This document shows, piece after piece, positions 26,662 through 36,522 of a DNA stretch of 64,000 nucleotides; position 1 is the first letter of the stretch, and each line of letters opens with the position of its first letter. This DNA is from Planctomycetota bacterium. Its GTDB lineage: Bacteria; Planctomycetota; SZUA-567; H5-PLA8. The translations under genes were made by a program, and so were the position numbers. The stretch spans positions 1 through 64,000 of the forward strand of contig BTVV01000025.1 in assembly GCA_045863855.1 (NCBI GenBank). The letters run 5' to 3'. The notes under the pieces were generated by a model. It saw nothing but the letters and a program-made list of their open reading frames with translations. It ran no database searches and had not been told where the DNA came from.

Positions 26662-28428
26662 TCACTTTTCGGCTTCAAGCGTTTGGTATTTGTTGGTCGC
26701 GTAATACGTCATGGAGGCTTCGGCCAGCTTACTCTGAACGGCCTTATTATCCGGCTCTCGTTTCACCACTTTCTCGTACAGTTCCATGGCCATGGAAAGG
26801 TCGTATTGCGCTCGCTTGAGCACGGAGTTCGAGGGCTGGATTGCCTTCGAAAAAAGCTTGTAGTGCGCCATGCCGCTTTCGTAGAGCAGATCGGCGCAAA
26901 GCAGATCCCGGTCGCCCTGCGGAGCCAGCGCGCGCACGCGTTCCAGCGCGCGCAGCGCCAGATCGATGTAACGTGCCACGTGAGCCGCATCGCCAATCTT
27001 GTCTTCCCGCATGGCCTCCTCGACATACTGGCGGCGCAGCGCCAACGCTTCGTCCAGCGTGCGCGCCCGCTCCGGCCCGGGGATCAACGCCAAGCGCACG
27101 CGCTTCAAGCGCGCGGCGACTTCGGGTTCGGCCTCGGTGGGCAAGGCGTCGAGTGCCGCGAGCGCCTCTTCGCCCAAGGCGCTCAAAGCACGTTCCGCCT
27201 CCTCGCGCACCTGAAACTCCTCGTTGGAAAGAAGCGGGACCAGTTCCTGTACACGCCGCGCGGTCCACCAAGCGAGCACTTCGCCAACCTTCTCTTGGTC
27301 CACTTCACCGATATCGAAGGGAAAAAACGGCGCTTTATCTATCCGCCCGCCCAAGCGCCAAAGTAGCTGAACGGCATGCGCATGGATCGTGGCGCTGAGC
27401 GGGTAACCGTGCCGTACGAAGCGGCCGACCAGGACCGGCTCGGCCTCGCGCAGCTTCAGCGCGTCGACGGCCGCCATCATGCGCAAGTGGTCCAGCGGAA
27501 GCGGATCGACATGACCGGGCGCGTGTTCGGTCATCACCACCTCGGGCAAGGGCGTCTCCAACACTCTGAGAATCACGGGCGCCGCGGCGGGCCTGGCCTG
27601 CACCACCGCCTTCAACAACGCGTCGAAGCGCCGCTCGCGTTCGGCATGCGCTGCCTCTTCGCCCGAACGGACGCCTCCGGCCCGTTCCCACGCCTGAAAC
27701 CCGCGCAGCGCTTCATACGCCCGCCTGAAGCCTTCGCCGGCCGTCTTCGCGCGCGCATCGCCGTAGGCGGCGACGAGCGCATCACCCAGCCGCGTCGAAG
27801 GCGGGCACGCGGGCTGCGGCGTCTCGGGATGCAAGCTGATGCCCAGCGACCAGACCCCGGGTTGCGACTCGGCTTCGCACTGCCAGAGCACGTTCCAGAA
27901 CGCGACGGAATCGAACTGTGCCGCGGCCGGTAGGCGTTCGGCCAATGCGAAGGCATCCCGCAAGCGCGCAACACCGGCGTCCAGTTCCGGATCGCCCGTT
28001 GCTTTGCGCTTCGCCACCGCCTGCTTCACCGCCGCTCCGCCAAGAATCAGCTTTCGGTACGCGGCCTGCCGAGCCGCAAAATCGTCCGCGCCAAGCTGCG
28101 CGATCAGCGCCTCGACATCCAGTATCTCTTCGCCGCCGGCCATCCCGCGCCCCGGTTCGCCGTTCAATCCCAGCGAGACGACAAAGAACAGCGCCGCCGC
28201 CGCGGCCACGAGGCCCCCTACAAACCAATCCAGTCCGGCACTCGAACGCGCGGGAACGTGAGCTTGAACCCGCGGAACGGAAGCGGGCTGCGCCAGTTCG
28301 CCGCTTACCCGCGCCCAGACGCGCGCGCGCGCGTCGTCGGCCAGGTCCACGCGCTCGGCTTCGATCAGGCGCTCGTAGGCCGCGTCTTCGCCGCCGCTTG
28401 CGACCTCTGGCTTTTCGGGAATCGTCAT
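26662..28428 (-). CDS. Putative membrane anti-sigma factor with extracytoplasmic HEAT/TPR-like repeats (588 aa)
   Basis: ATGA-coupled to the ECF sigma; short N-terminal domain, TM (WFVGGLVAAAAALFFVVSLGL), LIAQLGADDFAARQAA and LLSNEEFQVREEAE repeats. Confidence 0.7.
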   Translation of the reverse strand: MTIPEKPEVASGGEDAAYERLIEAERVDLADDARARVWARVSGELAQPASVPRVQAHVPARSSAGLDWFVGGLVAAAAALFFVVSLGLNGEPGRGMAGGEEILDVEALIAQLGADDFAARQAAYRKLILGGAAVKQAVAKRKATGDPELDAGVARLRDAFALAERLPAAAQFDSVAFWNVLWQCEAESQPGVWSLGISLHPETPQPACPPSTRLGDALVAAYGDARAKTAGEGFRRAYEALRGFQAWERAGGVRSGEEAAHAERERRFDALLKAVVQARPAAAPVILRVLETPLPEVVMTEHAPGHVDPLPLDHLRMMAAVDALKLREAEPVLVGRFVRHGYPLSATIHAHAVQLLWRLGGRIDKAPFFPFDIGEVDQEKVGEVLAWWTARRVQELVPLLSNEEFQVREEAERALSALGEEALAALDALPTEAEPEVAARLKRVRLALIPGPERARTLDEALALRRQYVEEAMREDKIGDAAHVARYIDLALRALERVRALAPQGDRDLLCADLLYESGMAHYKLFSKAIQPSNSVLKRAQYDLSMAMELYEKVVKREPDNKAVQSKLAEASMTYYATNKYQTLEAEK

Positions 28429-29114
28429 GGCGTGCTCTGCTTTCCATCCGTATGGCGAGCCGTTCTGCGGCGAAACGCCGCCCGGAAGTTCTCCTTGGCC
28501 CGGTACAGCAGCGACGCCGCGGCCTCCGGCGCCACGCCCAGTTGCTCGGCCAGTTCCGCTCGCTTCACGCCCGCGCCAAACCGCGCGCGCAACACTTCCT
28601 GATGCCGGGGCGGCAACTCCGCCAGCACCTGTCCCACCAATGCGCTCAGCGTTTCGCGGTCCTCGGCGGCGCTGATCCGCTCCAGCACCCCGCCGCCCCC
28701 GGATTCGCGCGCCGCCACCGTTTCCATGACGGCATCCCGTGCGGGTGCGGAAAGGTCGTCCAGACTCACCGCGTGTACCGATCTGCCGCGCTTGCGCGCG
28801 TAATCGTGCACCGTGTTGCGTGCTACGGTGAACATCCAGCCTTCCAGCCTTTCGGGGTCCTGCACCGAGGCCATGCCGCGCAAAATGCGCACGAAAGCTT
28901 CGCCCAGCAGGTCCTCGGCTTCCTCCGGCTTGAGCCAACGCGCCCACGCCCGGATGGCGCGGTAAAGCGTCTCGGAATAGCGCCGATATAGCAATTCCTG
29001 CATTTTTGGCGCACCGGTGCGCAATGCCGCCCACTCGTGCGCCGCAAGGTGCCCGGGTTCCGACTGCGTTTCCACCCAGGGTGCAGGCGGCGGATCTTCC
29101 AGCATGATGTTCAT
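28425..29114 (-). CDS. ECF-type RNA polymerase sigma factor
   Basis: Region 2 (AEDLLGEAFVRI...WMFTVARN) and region 4 (LPPRHQEVL...ELAEQLGV...SLLYRAK). Confidence 0.9.
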   Translation of the reverse strand: MNIMLEDPPPAPWVETQSEPGHLAAHEWAALRTGAPKMQELLYRRYSETLYRAIRAWARWLKPEEAEDLLGEAFVRILRGMASVQDPERLEGWMFTVARNTVHDYARKRGRSVHAVSLDDLSAPARDAVMETVAARESGGGGVLERISAAEDRETLSALVGQVLAELPPRHQEVLRARFGAGVKRAELAEQLGVAPEAAASLLYRAKENFRAAFRRRTARHTDGKQSTP

Positions 29115-29286
29115 TCCATCCGCAGGGGCGTTGCAGGCGACGCGGTATGACGGTCCAACCGCGAAATTCGGGCGAACGAATATTCGATTGCTCTAAATCC
29201 CTGAGCCGACCGGGCTTGACGTGCTTCCGCAGGCTTGAAAGAATGCCCTTCAACGAACTGTGCTCCGCACCTTATAAGGAGTGCCC

Positions 29287-30444
29287 GTGGCCGACGTCGT
29301 GCTCAAGCACGTCCGCAAGGTCTACCCCGGCGGGGTGGATGCGGTCAAGGAGGCGAGCCTCGAGATCGCCGACCGCGAGTTTGTCGTGCTGGTGGGCCCG
29401 TCCGGCTGCGGTAAGTCCACGACGCTGCGGATGATAGCGGGTTTGGAAGAAATCAGCGCCGGCACCATCTCCATTGGCGGGCGCGTGGTCAACGACGTCC
29501 CGCCCAAAGACCGCGATATCGCGATGGTCTTTCAGAATTATGCGCTTTATCCGCATATGACCGTTCAAGAAAATCTCTCGTTTGGACTGCGCCTGCGCAA
29601 GTTGCCCCAGGAGCAGATCGATGCCCGCGTGCGCGAAGCGGCGCAAATCTTGGGACTGCATGACCTTCTGCAACGCACGCCCAAGGCGCTTTCGGGTGGG
29701 CAGCGCCAGCGCGTAGCGCTGGGACGCGCCATCGTGCGCCAGCCGGCGGCGTTCCTCTTCGACGAGCCGCTCTCGAACCTCGACGCAAAGCTGCGTGTGG
29801 AGATGCGCGTGGAGCTGAACAAGCTGCACCAGCGCCTCGCCACCACCATGATCTACGTGACGCACGACCAGATCGAAGCGATGACGCTGGGCGACCGGAT
29901 CGTGATCATGAGCGCCGGGGAGATTCAGCAGGTCGCCAGCCCGCTGGTGTTGTACGACGAACCGTATAATGCCTTCGTCGCAGGGTTTATAGGAATGCCG
30001 GCAATGAACTTCTTCGACGGAGCGCTGGCAAATGCGGCCCAAGGCATCGTCTTTGAAGGCGGTTCGGGGCTGCGCGTGGGCCTGCCCGACGAGTTCGCGG
30101 CACGGTTGAAAGATCGCGCCGGAAGCTCCGTTCGGTTGGGCCTGCGGCCCGAGCACATCGCCGAACGCACCTCGGCGCGCCCCTGGCCTCAAGCGGCGTC
30201 CTTCCGCGCGCGCGTGGAGGTGGTCGAAAGTTTAGGCAACGAACAACTGGTCTACTTAACCGAAGGACCGCACCGGTTTGTCGCTAAGGTGGATGCGCAC
30301 GCGCCGGTGGCCGCGGGCCAGCAGATCGAGTTGCTCCTGAATGCCGCGCGAGCGCATGTTTTCGATGCCGCCGACGGGCGCAATCTGACCTGTCGGGTGG
30401 AGCGGCACTTACCGGCGGCCTCCGAAAAGGTTGCACCGGCCTGA
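29287..30444 (+). CDS. Sugar ABC transporter ATP-binding subunit (MalK/UgpC/MsmX type)
   Basis: GPSGCGKST, VFQNYALYPH, LSGGQRQRVALGRA, FDEPLSNLDAKLR, YVTHDQ; TAAGGAG RBS before GTG 29287. Confidence 0.95.
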   Translation: MADVVLKHVRKVYPGGVDAVKEASLEIADREFVVLVGPSGCGKSTTLRMIAGLEEISAGTISIGGRVVNDVPPKDRDIAMVFQNYALYPHMTVQENLSFGLRLRKLPQEQIDARVREAAQILGLHDLLQRTPKALSGGQRQRVALGRAIVRQPAAFLFDEPLSNLDAKLRVEMRVELNKLHQRLATTMIYVTHDQIEAMTLGDRIVIMSAGEIQQVASPLVLYDEPYNAFVAGFIGMPAMNFFDGALANAAQGIVFEGGSGLRVGLPDEFAARLKDRAGSSVRLGLRPEHIAERTSARPWPQAASFRARVEVVESLGNEQLVYLTEGPHRFVAKVDAHAPVAAGQQIELLLNAARAHVFDAADGRNLTCRVERHLPAASEKVAPA

Positions 30445-30457
30445 TCTTGGGGCGCGC

Positions 30458-30485
30458 TTTACAAGGAATCCCGTGGCGCTATAGT
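30458..30485 (+). promoter_or_regulatory. Sigma70 promoter of tRNA-Thr
   Basis: TTTACA-N16-TATAGT. Confidence 0.55.
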
Positions 30486-30567
30486 GTTCGGCCGGTGCGG
30501 TCCTTCAGGTGCCCCCGATGGGGACCGCCGGATGGGACTGCCGGTCTTCGACCGTCGTCTTCTCCGA

Positions 30568-30642
30568 GCCACCTTAGCTCAGCGGTAGAGCAGCGCTTTC
30601 GTAAAGCGCAGGTCCTGGGTTCAAATCCCAGAGGTGGCTCCA
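30568..30642 (+). tRNA. tRNA-Thr (anticodon CGT)
   Basis: GCCACCT/AGGTGGC acceptor stem, TAGCTCAGCGGTAGAGC D-arm, GCGCT-TT CGT AA-AGCGC anticodon arm, GGTTCAAATCC T-arm, encoded CCA. Confidence 0.97.
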
Positions 30643-30966
30643 CTTAGTTTAGTAGAAGGCCCCCGGCGTTCTCGCACACGCATCCGAGCAGATGATTTTG
30701 GTAAGATTCAGCGCCGCTTGGGAGCACTCCCTCATGCAAGACTATTCCATACAAACGAGTCCTTGGTAAGGCGACTTCGATCCGCTCTGCGCGGAATTAT
30801 CCTGGCTCTGTCCCGAATCGCTTCGAAGGCGGATGCGCCGCGCGGACCAAGCAGAGCGAGATAGCCGAACGCGTTGTATCTCTACAGTAGATACAGCAAG
30901 CGAGGCTGACGAAGCGCTGCGCAGGTCCCCGCAAGCAGACGCCGAAGAAGGGTTTCGGGACAGTGC

Positions 30967-33801
30967 CTAGGGCGCGGACTTGAGCGGCAACCGCGCTTCG
31001 GCGTGGTAACCAAGCTTCACGCTCAGGATGCGGGCATTCCCCGCGTCGGCGATGAATAGCCGCTTGTCGCTGTCCACCGCCACATAAGCCGCGTGACACA
31101 ACGCGACTTCATCGCCGCCCACTGCGCGCGCCGCCGGAGAAGCGCCTTCGGCCTGCAACGGCTTGCCGTCGTCGGCGTTGCCGTAGCGTCCGATGCGCGC
31201 GATCAGGTTTCCGTTCGTGTCCAGAACCGCCACGCTGAAGTGATCCACTTCCGGCGCGAACGAACGCGCGAGAAAGTCGAGCGCAAAGCGCGCGTTCCAG
31301 CACGCGCAGCCCCCGCCGCCTTTGGACGAGTTAAAACCTCCGTATCCCACTCCGCCGTAAAACCATTCCGCCCCCTCCACCCAACTCGGGCCGTTGTGGT
31401 TCTTCGCAATCTGTGGGTGCGCCTTGGGTTGAGCCCCGTCCCCCAGCGGGACCGGAAGACCTTCCTTCTTGCTCGAGACCAAGCGTCCCTGTTTGGCTTT
31501 AATCTTGATCAGCGTCTCCGAGCGCTCGAGGAAATATTCGTTCCCGTCCAGCACGCGCACGTTCGCCGCCATGACATAGAGGTTGTTGTTCCGGTCCATC
31601 GCGATGCCGTCGGCGAGATGGATGCCGGGCAGCAGATCGTCCCAGAGCAGTTTCCCGCGCTGATCCCAGGCGTGGATTTCGTAGCCCGGGTAGCGCCCGG
31701 GGTACACCGGCGCGATATACGCTTTGCCGCGCGCGTAAACCTTATTGAAACTCCCGGGCATCAGGATCTGCGGAGGCTTCTCCGTGTTGTGGCAGTGCGC
31801 GACGACGTGCCCCTGGGGCGAAACGCAGAAGCCGCCGAAGTGAAACTGCCCCGGGCGCGCGCAGGGCATGTAGATCGCACTTTGCACCTTGCCGACCTTA
31901 CCGACCGAATCGTCGAAGCCCACGTTCTCGCGCTCTTCGCCATAGTCGAACGGCACTTCGCTCCACTTAGAGAAATCGTACCGGACGACATCCGTATCGG
32001 TGCGCAGGTAGATGTAGCCTTCCAGGTCGAAGGCCAGATCCTCGGCGGTGAAGGGGAGCTTCACCAACCGGATCTGCCCGCTCTTCGGATCGATCTCGAC
32101 GAGTTCCTTGAACGACTTCATCACGCCGCTGTCGCCTTCGGCCACGTACAGCAGCCCGCTCTTGGGGTTCACGTACAACCGTTGCCGGGAGATCACCGGC
32201 GGCGCGGCGCGGACCACCGACCGCTTGATGTCCTCGCCGAAGCTGCGCTTCTGGACCAACTTCCCATCCTGTTCCGTGTAGAGCTGCAGGCTGCACGCTT
32301 CCCAGTGCGGGAGTTCCCTGTAGTCGCCACGGGCCAGCAGCAGCTTGTCGGAGGTGCCGCCCGTGCCGGGAAGCAGCCAGATCGTCGCCGGCTCGGTGTG
32401 GAAATCCACCCAGACCCCGTGTTGCGTACCCCCGGTACGGTTCATGAAGATTCCCGAGTGGTGCCCTTGCAGGGGCAGCGCACCCGAGGCCAGCACCTGG
32501 GGATCGTCCATGCTTTTCAGGCGGTAGAACTTCGGCTCCTTGAAGTTCGGATCGCCCGGCCAGAAGCGGTTGACGAGGTTCCAGGAGAAGACGTACAGCT
32601 CACCCTTCTCCGGATGCACCGCAATTTCGGCGGGCTTTTGCGCGGGAACGCTCTTCAGGTGCTTCCCATCCGGGGCGAAGACTTGGATCCGGTCGTTCAT
32701 GTAGTCAGCGACGTAGACGCGCCCCTGCGCGTCGACCGAGACCGCCGTGGGCACGCGGAATTTTCCAGCCTCGGTGCCCGAATCCGCTTCCTTTGGGCTG
32801 CCTGCGAAGATTTCCGGCTCGCCGTCGCCCAGGAAATCCAGCTTCAGCACGCACGGCAGCCATTCGCCCTTCGCAATGCCGCGGAAGCCCGTCAGATACA
32901 GGAACTTACCGTCGGGGCTGAAGGCCGAACTGCGCGGCGCCGCGTACGACGGCTCGGGCCCCTTGCCGAAACTTCCCTCCGCGGGCAGCGCGACCTTCGG
33001 GCCTTCCAACTTCAGCCCGCCGCTCGAACCGTCCGAGAGAAAGCGGTTGAGCTTGCGCATCAGCATCGCGACGCGCCCCTGATGTACCGCCAAGGTCGAT
33101 GCCGCCTGCCCGTACTTCGAGCCGCCGTCCTCGGAGATGTTGTTCCCGCTGGTCAGAAAGGTGGCCTGCACCATCCCATTCTTCAGCGGAAGCCGCCGGC
33201 CTTCCTGGGGGAACTCCGTCCATCGGAAGTCCTTGTGCGACGAAAGCTGCTCCGCAGGCGGCGGCCAGACGGTGCGCAAGTAGCGGCCCTCGTGGTCGAA
33301 GAGCCGCACGTGATCCACTCCTCCACCGTCGTGGACATAGACGCCTTCCGGCGCCGGCGCCACCGCGGCGCGGTTGCCTGGCGAAGTCCGCTTCTTGGGC
33401 TCCCAGAAGAGCGTCCGCTCGAATTCCGGCTTCAGGCCCAGCGAGACCCGCACGCTCAGGCCGTCCAGCTTGTCCACGTACCGCCCGAGGTCGTCCTTCC
33501 CGTCCCAGACCACGTGTTGCTTCAGCGTTCCGGTCTGGAATGGTTCGGGCGCTTTCGGGCCCAGTACGCCGCAGGCCAAGTGCCGCACGATCCGCTTGGC
33601 TTCGTCTTCGATCACGATCGTGGCGTCGCAAAAAGCCTGTGCCTCGAAGCGGATCTCCACCCGGTCGCCTTCCCGCGTGAGAACAGGCGCCTGTGCGAAC
33701 GCAAAGGGCTCCTGCCGCTTGACCTTGAACTCATCCAGGTCGGCAGCCGTGGCCCATAGCGAGTAGACCATCATGCAGGTCAGGATCGCGACGTTTCGCA
33801 T
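30967..33801 (-). CDS. Secreted Ig-like (FlgD-type) + NHL beta-propeller protein, paralog 1 (944 aa)
   Basis: Signal peptide; VVWDGKDDLG FlgD-Ig motif; NHL repeat FRVPTAVSVDAQGRVYVADYMNDRIQVF; GCACW. Confidence 0.85.
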   Translation of the reverse strand: MRNVAILTCMMVYSLWATAADLDEFKVKRQEPFAFAQAPVLTREGDRVEIRFEAQAFCDATIVIEDEAKRIVRHLACGVLGPKAPEPFQTGTLKQHVVWDGKDDLGRYVDKLDGLSVRVSLGLKPEFERTLFWEPKKRTSPGNRAAVAPAPEGVYVHDGGGVDHVRLFDHEGRYLRTVWPPPAEQLSSHKDFRWTEFPQEGRRLPLKNGMVQATFLTSGNNISEDGGSKYGQAASTLAVHQGRVAMLMRKLNRFLSDGSSGGLKLEGPKVALPAEGSFGKGPEPSYAAPRSSAFSPDGKFLYLTGFRGIAKGEWLPCVLKLDFLGDGEPEIFAGSPKEADSGTEAGKFRVPTAVSVDAQGRVYVADYMNDRIQVFAPDGKHLKSVPAQKPAEIAVHPEKGELYVFSWNLVNRFWPGDPNFKEPKFYRLKSMDDPQVLASGALPLQGHHSGIFMNRTGGTQHGVWVDFHTEPATIWLLPGTGGTSDKLLLARGDYRELPHWEACSLQLYTEQDGKLVQKRSFGEDIKRSVVRAAPPVISRQRLYVNPKSGLLYVAEGDSGVMKSFKELVEIDPKSGQIRLVKLPFTAEDLAFDLEGYIYLRTDTDVVRYDFSKWSEVPFDYGEERENVGFDDSVGKVGKVQSAIYMPCARPGQFHFGGFCVSPQGHVVAHCHNTEKPPQILMPGSFNKVYARGKAYIAPVYPGRYPGYEIHAWDQRGKLLWDDLLPGIHLADGIAMDRNNNLYVMAANVRVLDGNEYFLERSETLIKIKAKQGRLVSSKKEGLPVPLGDGAQPKAHPQIAKNHNGPSWVEGAEWFYGGVGYGGFNSSKGGGGCACWNARFALDFLARSFAPEVDHFSVAVLDTNGNLIARIGRYGNADDGKPLQAEGASPAARAVGGDEVALCHAAYVAVDSDKRLFIADAGNARILSVKLGYHAEARLPLKSAP

Positions 33802-33804
33802 GCT

Positions 33805-34326
33805 TCACCCCATCGCTTTCCGCGCGGAAGCCGGTCGCTCGGACAGCATCGCCGCCAGCGTAGCCAGTGCGATCGAAAACGCCGCATTCGCCGTAGCCGG
33901 CGCCGCGGCCACCACTATAGCCACATCGGCAAGGTCGATCAGTTCCCCGCCGACGCGAGCGGTCACGACGACGAGCGGCAAGTCCAAATCGTTCGCCCAC
34001 TCGGCCCCGTAGAGGGCCAAGGCTTCGTGCCCCGGAGCGTTCAGCGCCAGACACGCACCGTCACGGCCTATCGCCCGGAGCGTGCTCTCAACCTGATGAA
34101 ACTCACGCGCCACACGAGCGCCGGGAATAGGAATGCCGTCGGCATGTCCCCCGACTACCGCGATCCGTTCGGCGCGGTCCAGTACGCTGCAGGCTCGGTC
34201 GAACGGTTCTCTGGACAAGCGCTTCAGCGCGTCCGTCAACTCCGAGTGGCAGCGGCGATTCGCCTGATCCAAGGCGACCGAGGGCGTTCCGGCGACAGGC
34301 CTTCTTTGGAGTTCAGCGGTAACCAT
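33805..34326 (-). CDS. Degenerate stand-alone SIS-domain (GmhA-like) protein
   Basis: RIAVVGG...LVVVTARVGGELIDLADVAIVV matches SIS topology; 3-bp gap to paralog 1. Confidence 0.55.
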   Translation of the reverse strand: MVTAELQRRPVAGTPSVALDQANRRCHSELTDALKRLSREPFDRACSVLDRAERIAVVGGHADGIPIPGARVAREFHQVESTLRAIGRDGACLALNAPGHEALALYGAEWANDLDLPLVVVTARVGGELIDLADVAIVVAAAPATANAAFSIALATLAAMLSERPASARKAMG

Positions 34327-34631
34327 ACCCGGCCCTCGTGCATAGTTTCAATACACCGAATCATTGTTAATACATTAAAAATATATCAGGGTTTGACACC
34401 CTCTGCTGTTGTGGCTCGAAAGCCACCGCTATTAAGACTTTGCACTATCGCAAGTTATGCGACATTCGGCCGTCGTTTGAACTCAACCGTGCCTAGCGCA
34501 GCTTTAAAGGTGGTCTGCCGCCATCAGCTTGCCCCGACGGGCCACCTCTGCGCTACGCCGAAGGCGCTCTTTCGACCGCTACGGGCGCAGCCAAGTGGCG
34601 GCTTGCATCGAGCAGGCTAAAGTATGTCGCA

Positions 34632-35531
34632 ATGGCCAAGCGCTTCGCCATCCTCACCGATTCGACCGTCGCGGGCACCGCGCGCGCCCAGGATCCCTGG
34701 GAGGATGCGCGCGTCTGGATCCGCCATGCCGGGCGCTACGTTTGCAAACCCGAGTGGAAGATCGAGCCCAGTACGCTCGTCAACCACGGCTACTTCTTCA
34801 TCGAGCGCGGCCGCGGCTGGGTGGACTTCGACGGCACGCGCATGGAAGCGCGCCCCGGCGACGTCTTCTACTCGCGCATTGGCCACCGCTTCGCCAGCGG
34901 GCACGACCCTCAACGCCCCCTCACCGTACTCTCCGTGGGCTTCAAGCTTACCGGCCGCGGTGGCGTAGACCTGCTGCGCGGGGCCGCGCTACCCCTGCGG
35001 GTACGGCTTACGTCCACCGAACGCCGGGAACTTACCCGCCGCTTCGAGGCCCTGATCGCCGCGATGCGCGACGCCGGACGCACCGGGTCGCTCCACGCGC
35101 GCGGCCAGATGCAAAGCCTCGCCGCGTGGATGCTGGATCTCGACGAACGCATCCCGTCCAAACGCAAGACCGGCATCAGCGACGGGCGCGGCGCCGAAGC
35201 CGGGCGCGTGGCCGACGCGATCGCGTGGGCCGACGCGCACTTGTCCAAACGAATCACGCTCACGCAACTGGCGCAGGTCGCGCATTTGAGTCCCGTTTAC
35301 TTCGCGGCGCTTTTCCGGCGCGAGACCGGGCAGCCGCCCATCGCGTGGGTGCGGCGGCGGCGCATGGCCGCCGCGCGCGAACTGCTCGCCGAGGCCGGCA
35401 AGAGCGTCGCCGAAGTCGCGCGCTCGGTAGGCTTCGAAGATCCTTACCACTTCAGCCGCGCCTTTCACCGCAGCGAAGGTTGTTCGCCCCGCGCCTATCG
35501 CGAATCGTTAAAAAATCCATTCTTTCGATAA
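34632..35531 (+). CDS. AraC-family transcriptional regulator
   Basis: ITLTQLAQVAHLSPVYFAALF...SVAEVARSVGFEDPYHFSRAF. Confidence 0.9.
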   Translation: MAKRFAILTDSTVAGTARAQDPWEDARVWIRHAGRYVCKPEWKIEPSTLVNHGYFFIERGRGWVDFDGTRMEARPGDVFYSRIGHRFASGHDPQRPLTVLSVGFKLTGRGGVDLLRGAALPLRVRLTSTERRELTRRFEALIAAMRDAGRTGSLHARGQMQSLAAWMLDLDERIPSKRKTGISDGRGAEAGRVADAIAWADAHLSKRITLTQLAQVAHLSPVYFAALFRRETGQPPIAWVRRRRMAAARELLAEAGKSVAEVARSVGFEDPYHFSRAFHRSEGCSPRAYRESLKNPFFR

Positions 35532-35618
35532 GCCCGTCCATTCCGCCGCCACCCTCCGAATCGTATCGTCACCCATGTGTTGGTTAATAGGTGGATACCC
35601 CTACCGGAGGCGAACGCC

Positions 35619-36476
35619 GTGAACCCCGAACTTAAGCGCCAGTGGGACGAGGAAGGCTACATCGTCGTGAAGAGGCTCTTCGACCCCGAGCGCACCGCGA
35701 GGCTTCGCCTGATCTGCGAGAACATCCTGGCGCGTTGGCGCGTCGACCGCCCGGCGACCGGCGAATCTGGAACGGGCATCGACGGCACCAGCATGCGCCA
35801 CCTCAATCATCCCGACTACTTCGGCAAGCACCCCGAGTGGTTTCCTGAACTGATGAATGCCGTCGCCGATGCTAAGGTGCTCGAGACCTGCCGCACGATC
35901 CTGGGCGAGCAGCCGCTCTTCCGCTGCACCAGTCTGTTCATGAACCCGATCGTCAAGAGCGAGGATGGAAACTGGCACCGCGATACCCAGTTCGGCGCCC
36001 AAGGCAACGACGAGACGGAAAAGAAAAAGCTGGCTCGATACGAGAGCAACGGAATTCAACTCCAGGTCGCGCTCGTGCCCAGCGAGGACATCGAGTACGT
36101 GCCGCGCAGCCATCTGCGTTGGGACACGCCCGCCGAGTACGCCATTCGCCTCGCCGACGGACAAAAGCACAACCGTTCGAACCGCATGCCCGGCGCCGTG
36201 CGCTTACCGCTGGAGGCAGGTGACGCCGCGGCCTTCAACCCCAACGGCTTGCATCGCGGGCGCTACCATGCCGATAAGCTGCGCCGCACGCTGATGCTGA
36301 CCTACACGCGCACTTCGGTGCCTTGCTTCGACTTCTTCTCCAACCAACCGTGGTTCTTAAGGCCCGGGCACCTCGATCCCCTGCCGCCGGCGACGCGCGC
36401 CTTCTTCGAACCCTTCGTCGCCGAATACCGGCGGCACTGGGAGGCGCCCAAGCCCGAACTGGCCGCTGCGTACTAA
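35619..36476 (+). CDS. PhyH-family Fe(II)/2OG dioxygenase
   Basis: WHRD...VPRSH...GLHRG...RRTL; GGAGG RBS before GTG 35619. Confidence 0.85.
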   Translation: MNPELKRQWDEEGYIVVKRLFDPERTARLRLICENILARWRVDRPATGESGTGIDGTSMRHLNHPDYFGKHPEWFPELMNAVADAKVLETCRTILGEQPLFRCTSLFMNPIVKSEDGNWHRDTQFGAQGNDETEKKKLARYESNGIQLQVALVPSEDIEYVPRSHLRWDTPAEYAIRLADGQKHNRSNRMPGAVRLPLEAGDAAAFNPNGLHRGRYHADKLRRTLMLTYTRTSVPCFDFFSNQPWFLRPGHLDPLPPATRAFFEPFVAEYRRHWEAPKPELAAAY

Positions 36477-36522
36477 GCGGAGGAGACGCGGCGCCGGCCG
36501 CCGAATCCACGACCGGGCAGCT

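Noticed and set aside
28429..29253. N-terminal extension of the 863-aa ORF 26662..29253 spanning the ECF sigma
   Set aside because: Off-frame shadow of the sigma gene; the ATGA-coupled start at 28428 explains the locus
30643..30966. Integrase remnant next to the tRNA
   Set aside because: The short ORFs here show no tyrosine- or serine-recombinase motifs that I can recognise
31093..33759. Long antisense or alternate-frame ORFs (e.g. 31093..33759, 10189..12120, 44660..46684, 6752..8233, 61007..62665)
   Set aside because: Expected from stop-codon scarcity in GC-rich DNA opposite real genes; no recognisable motifs
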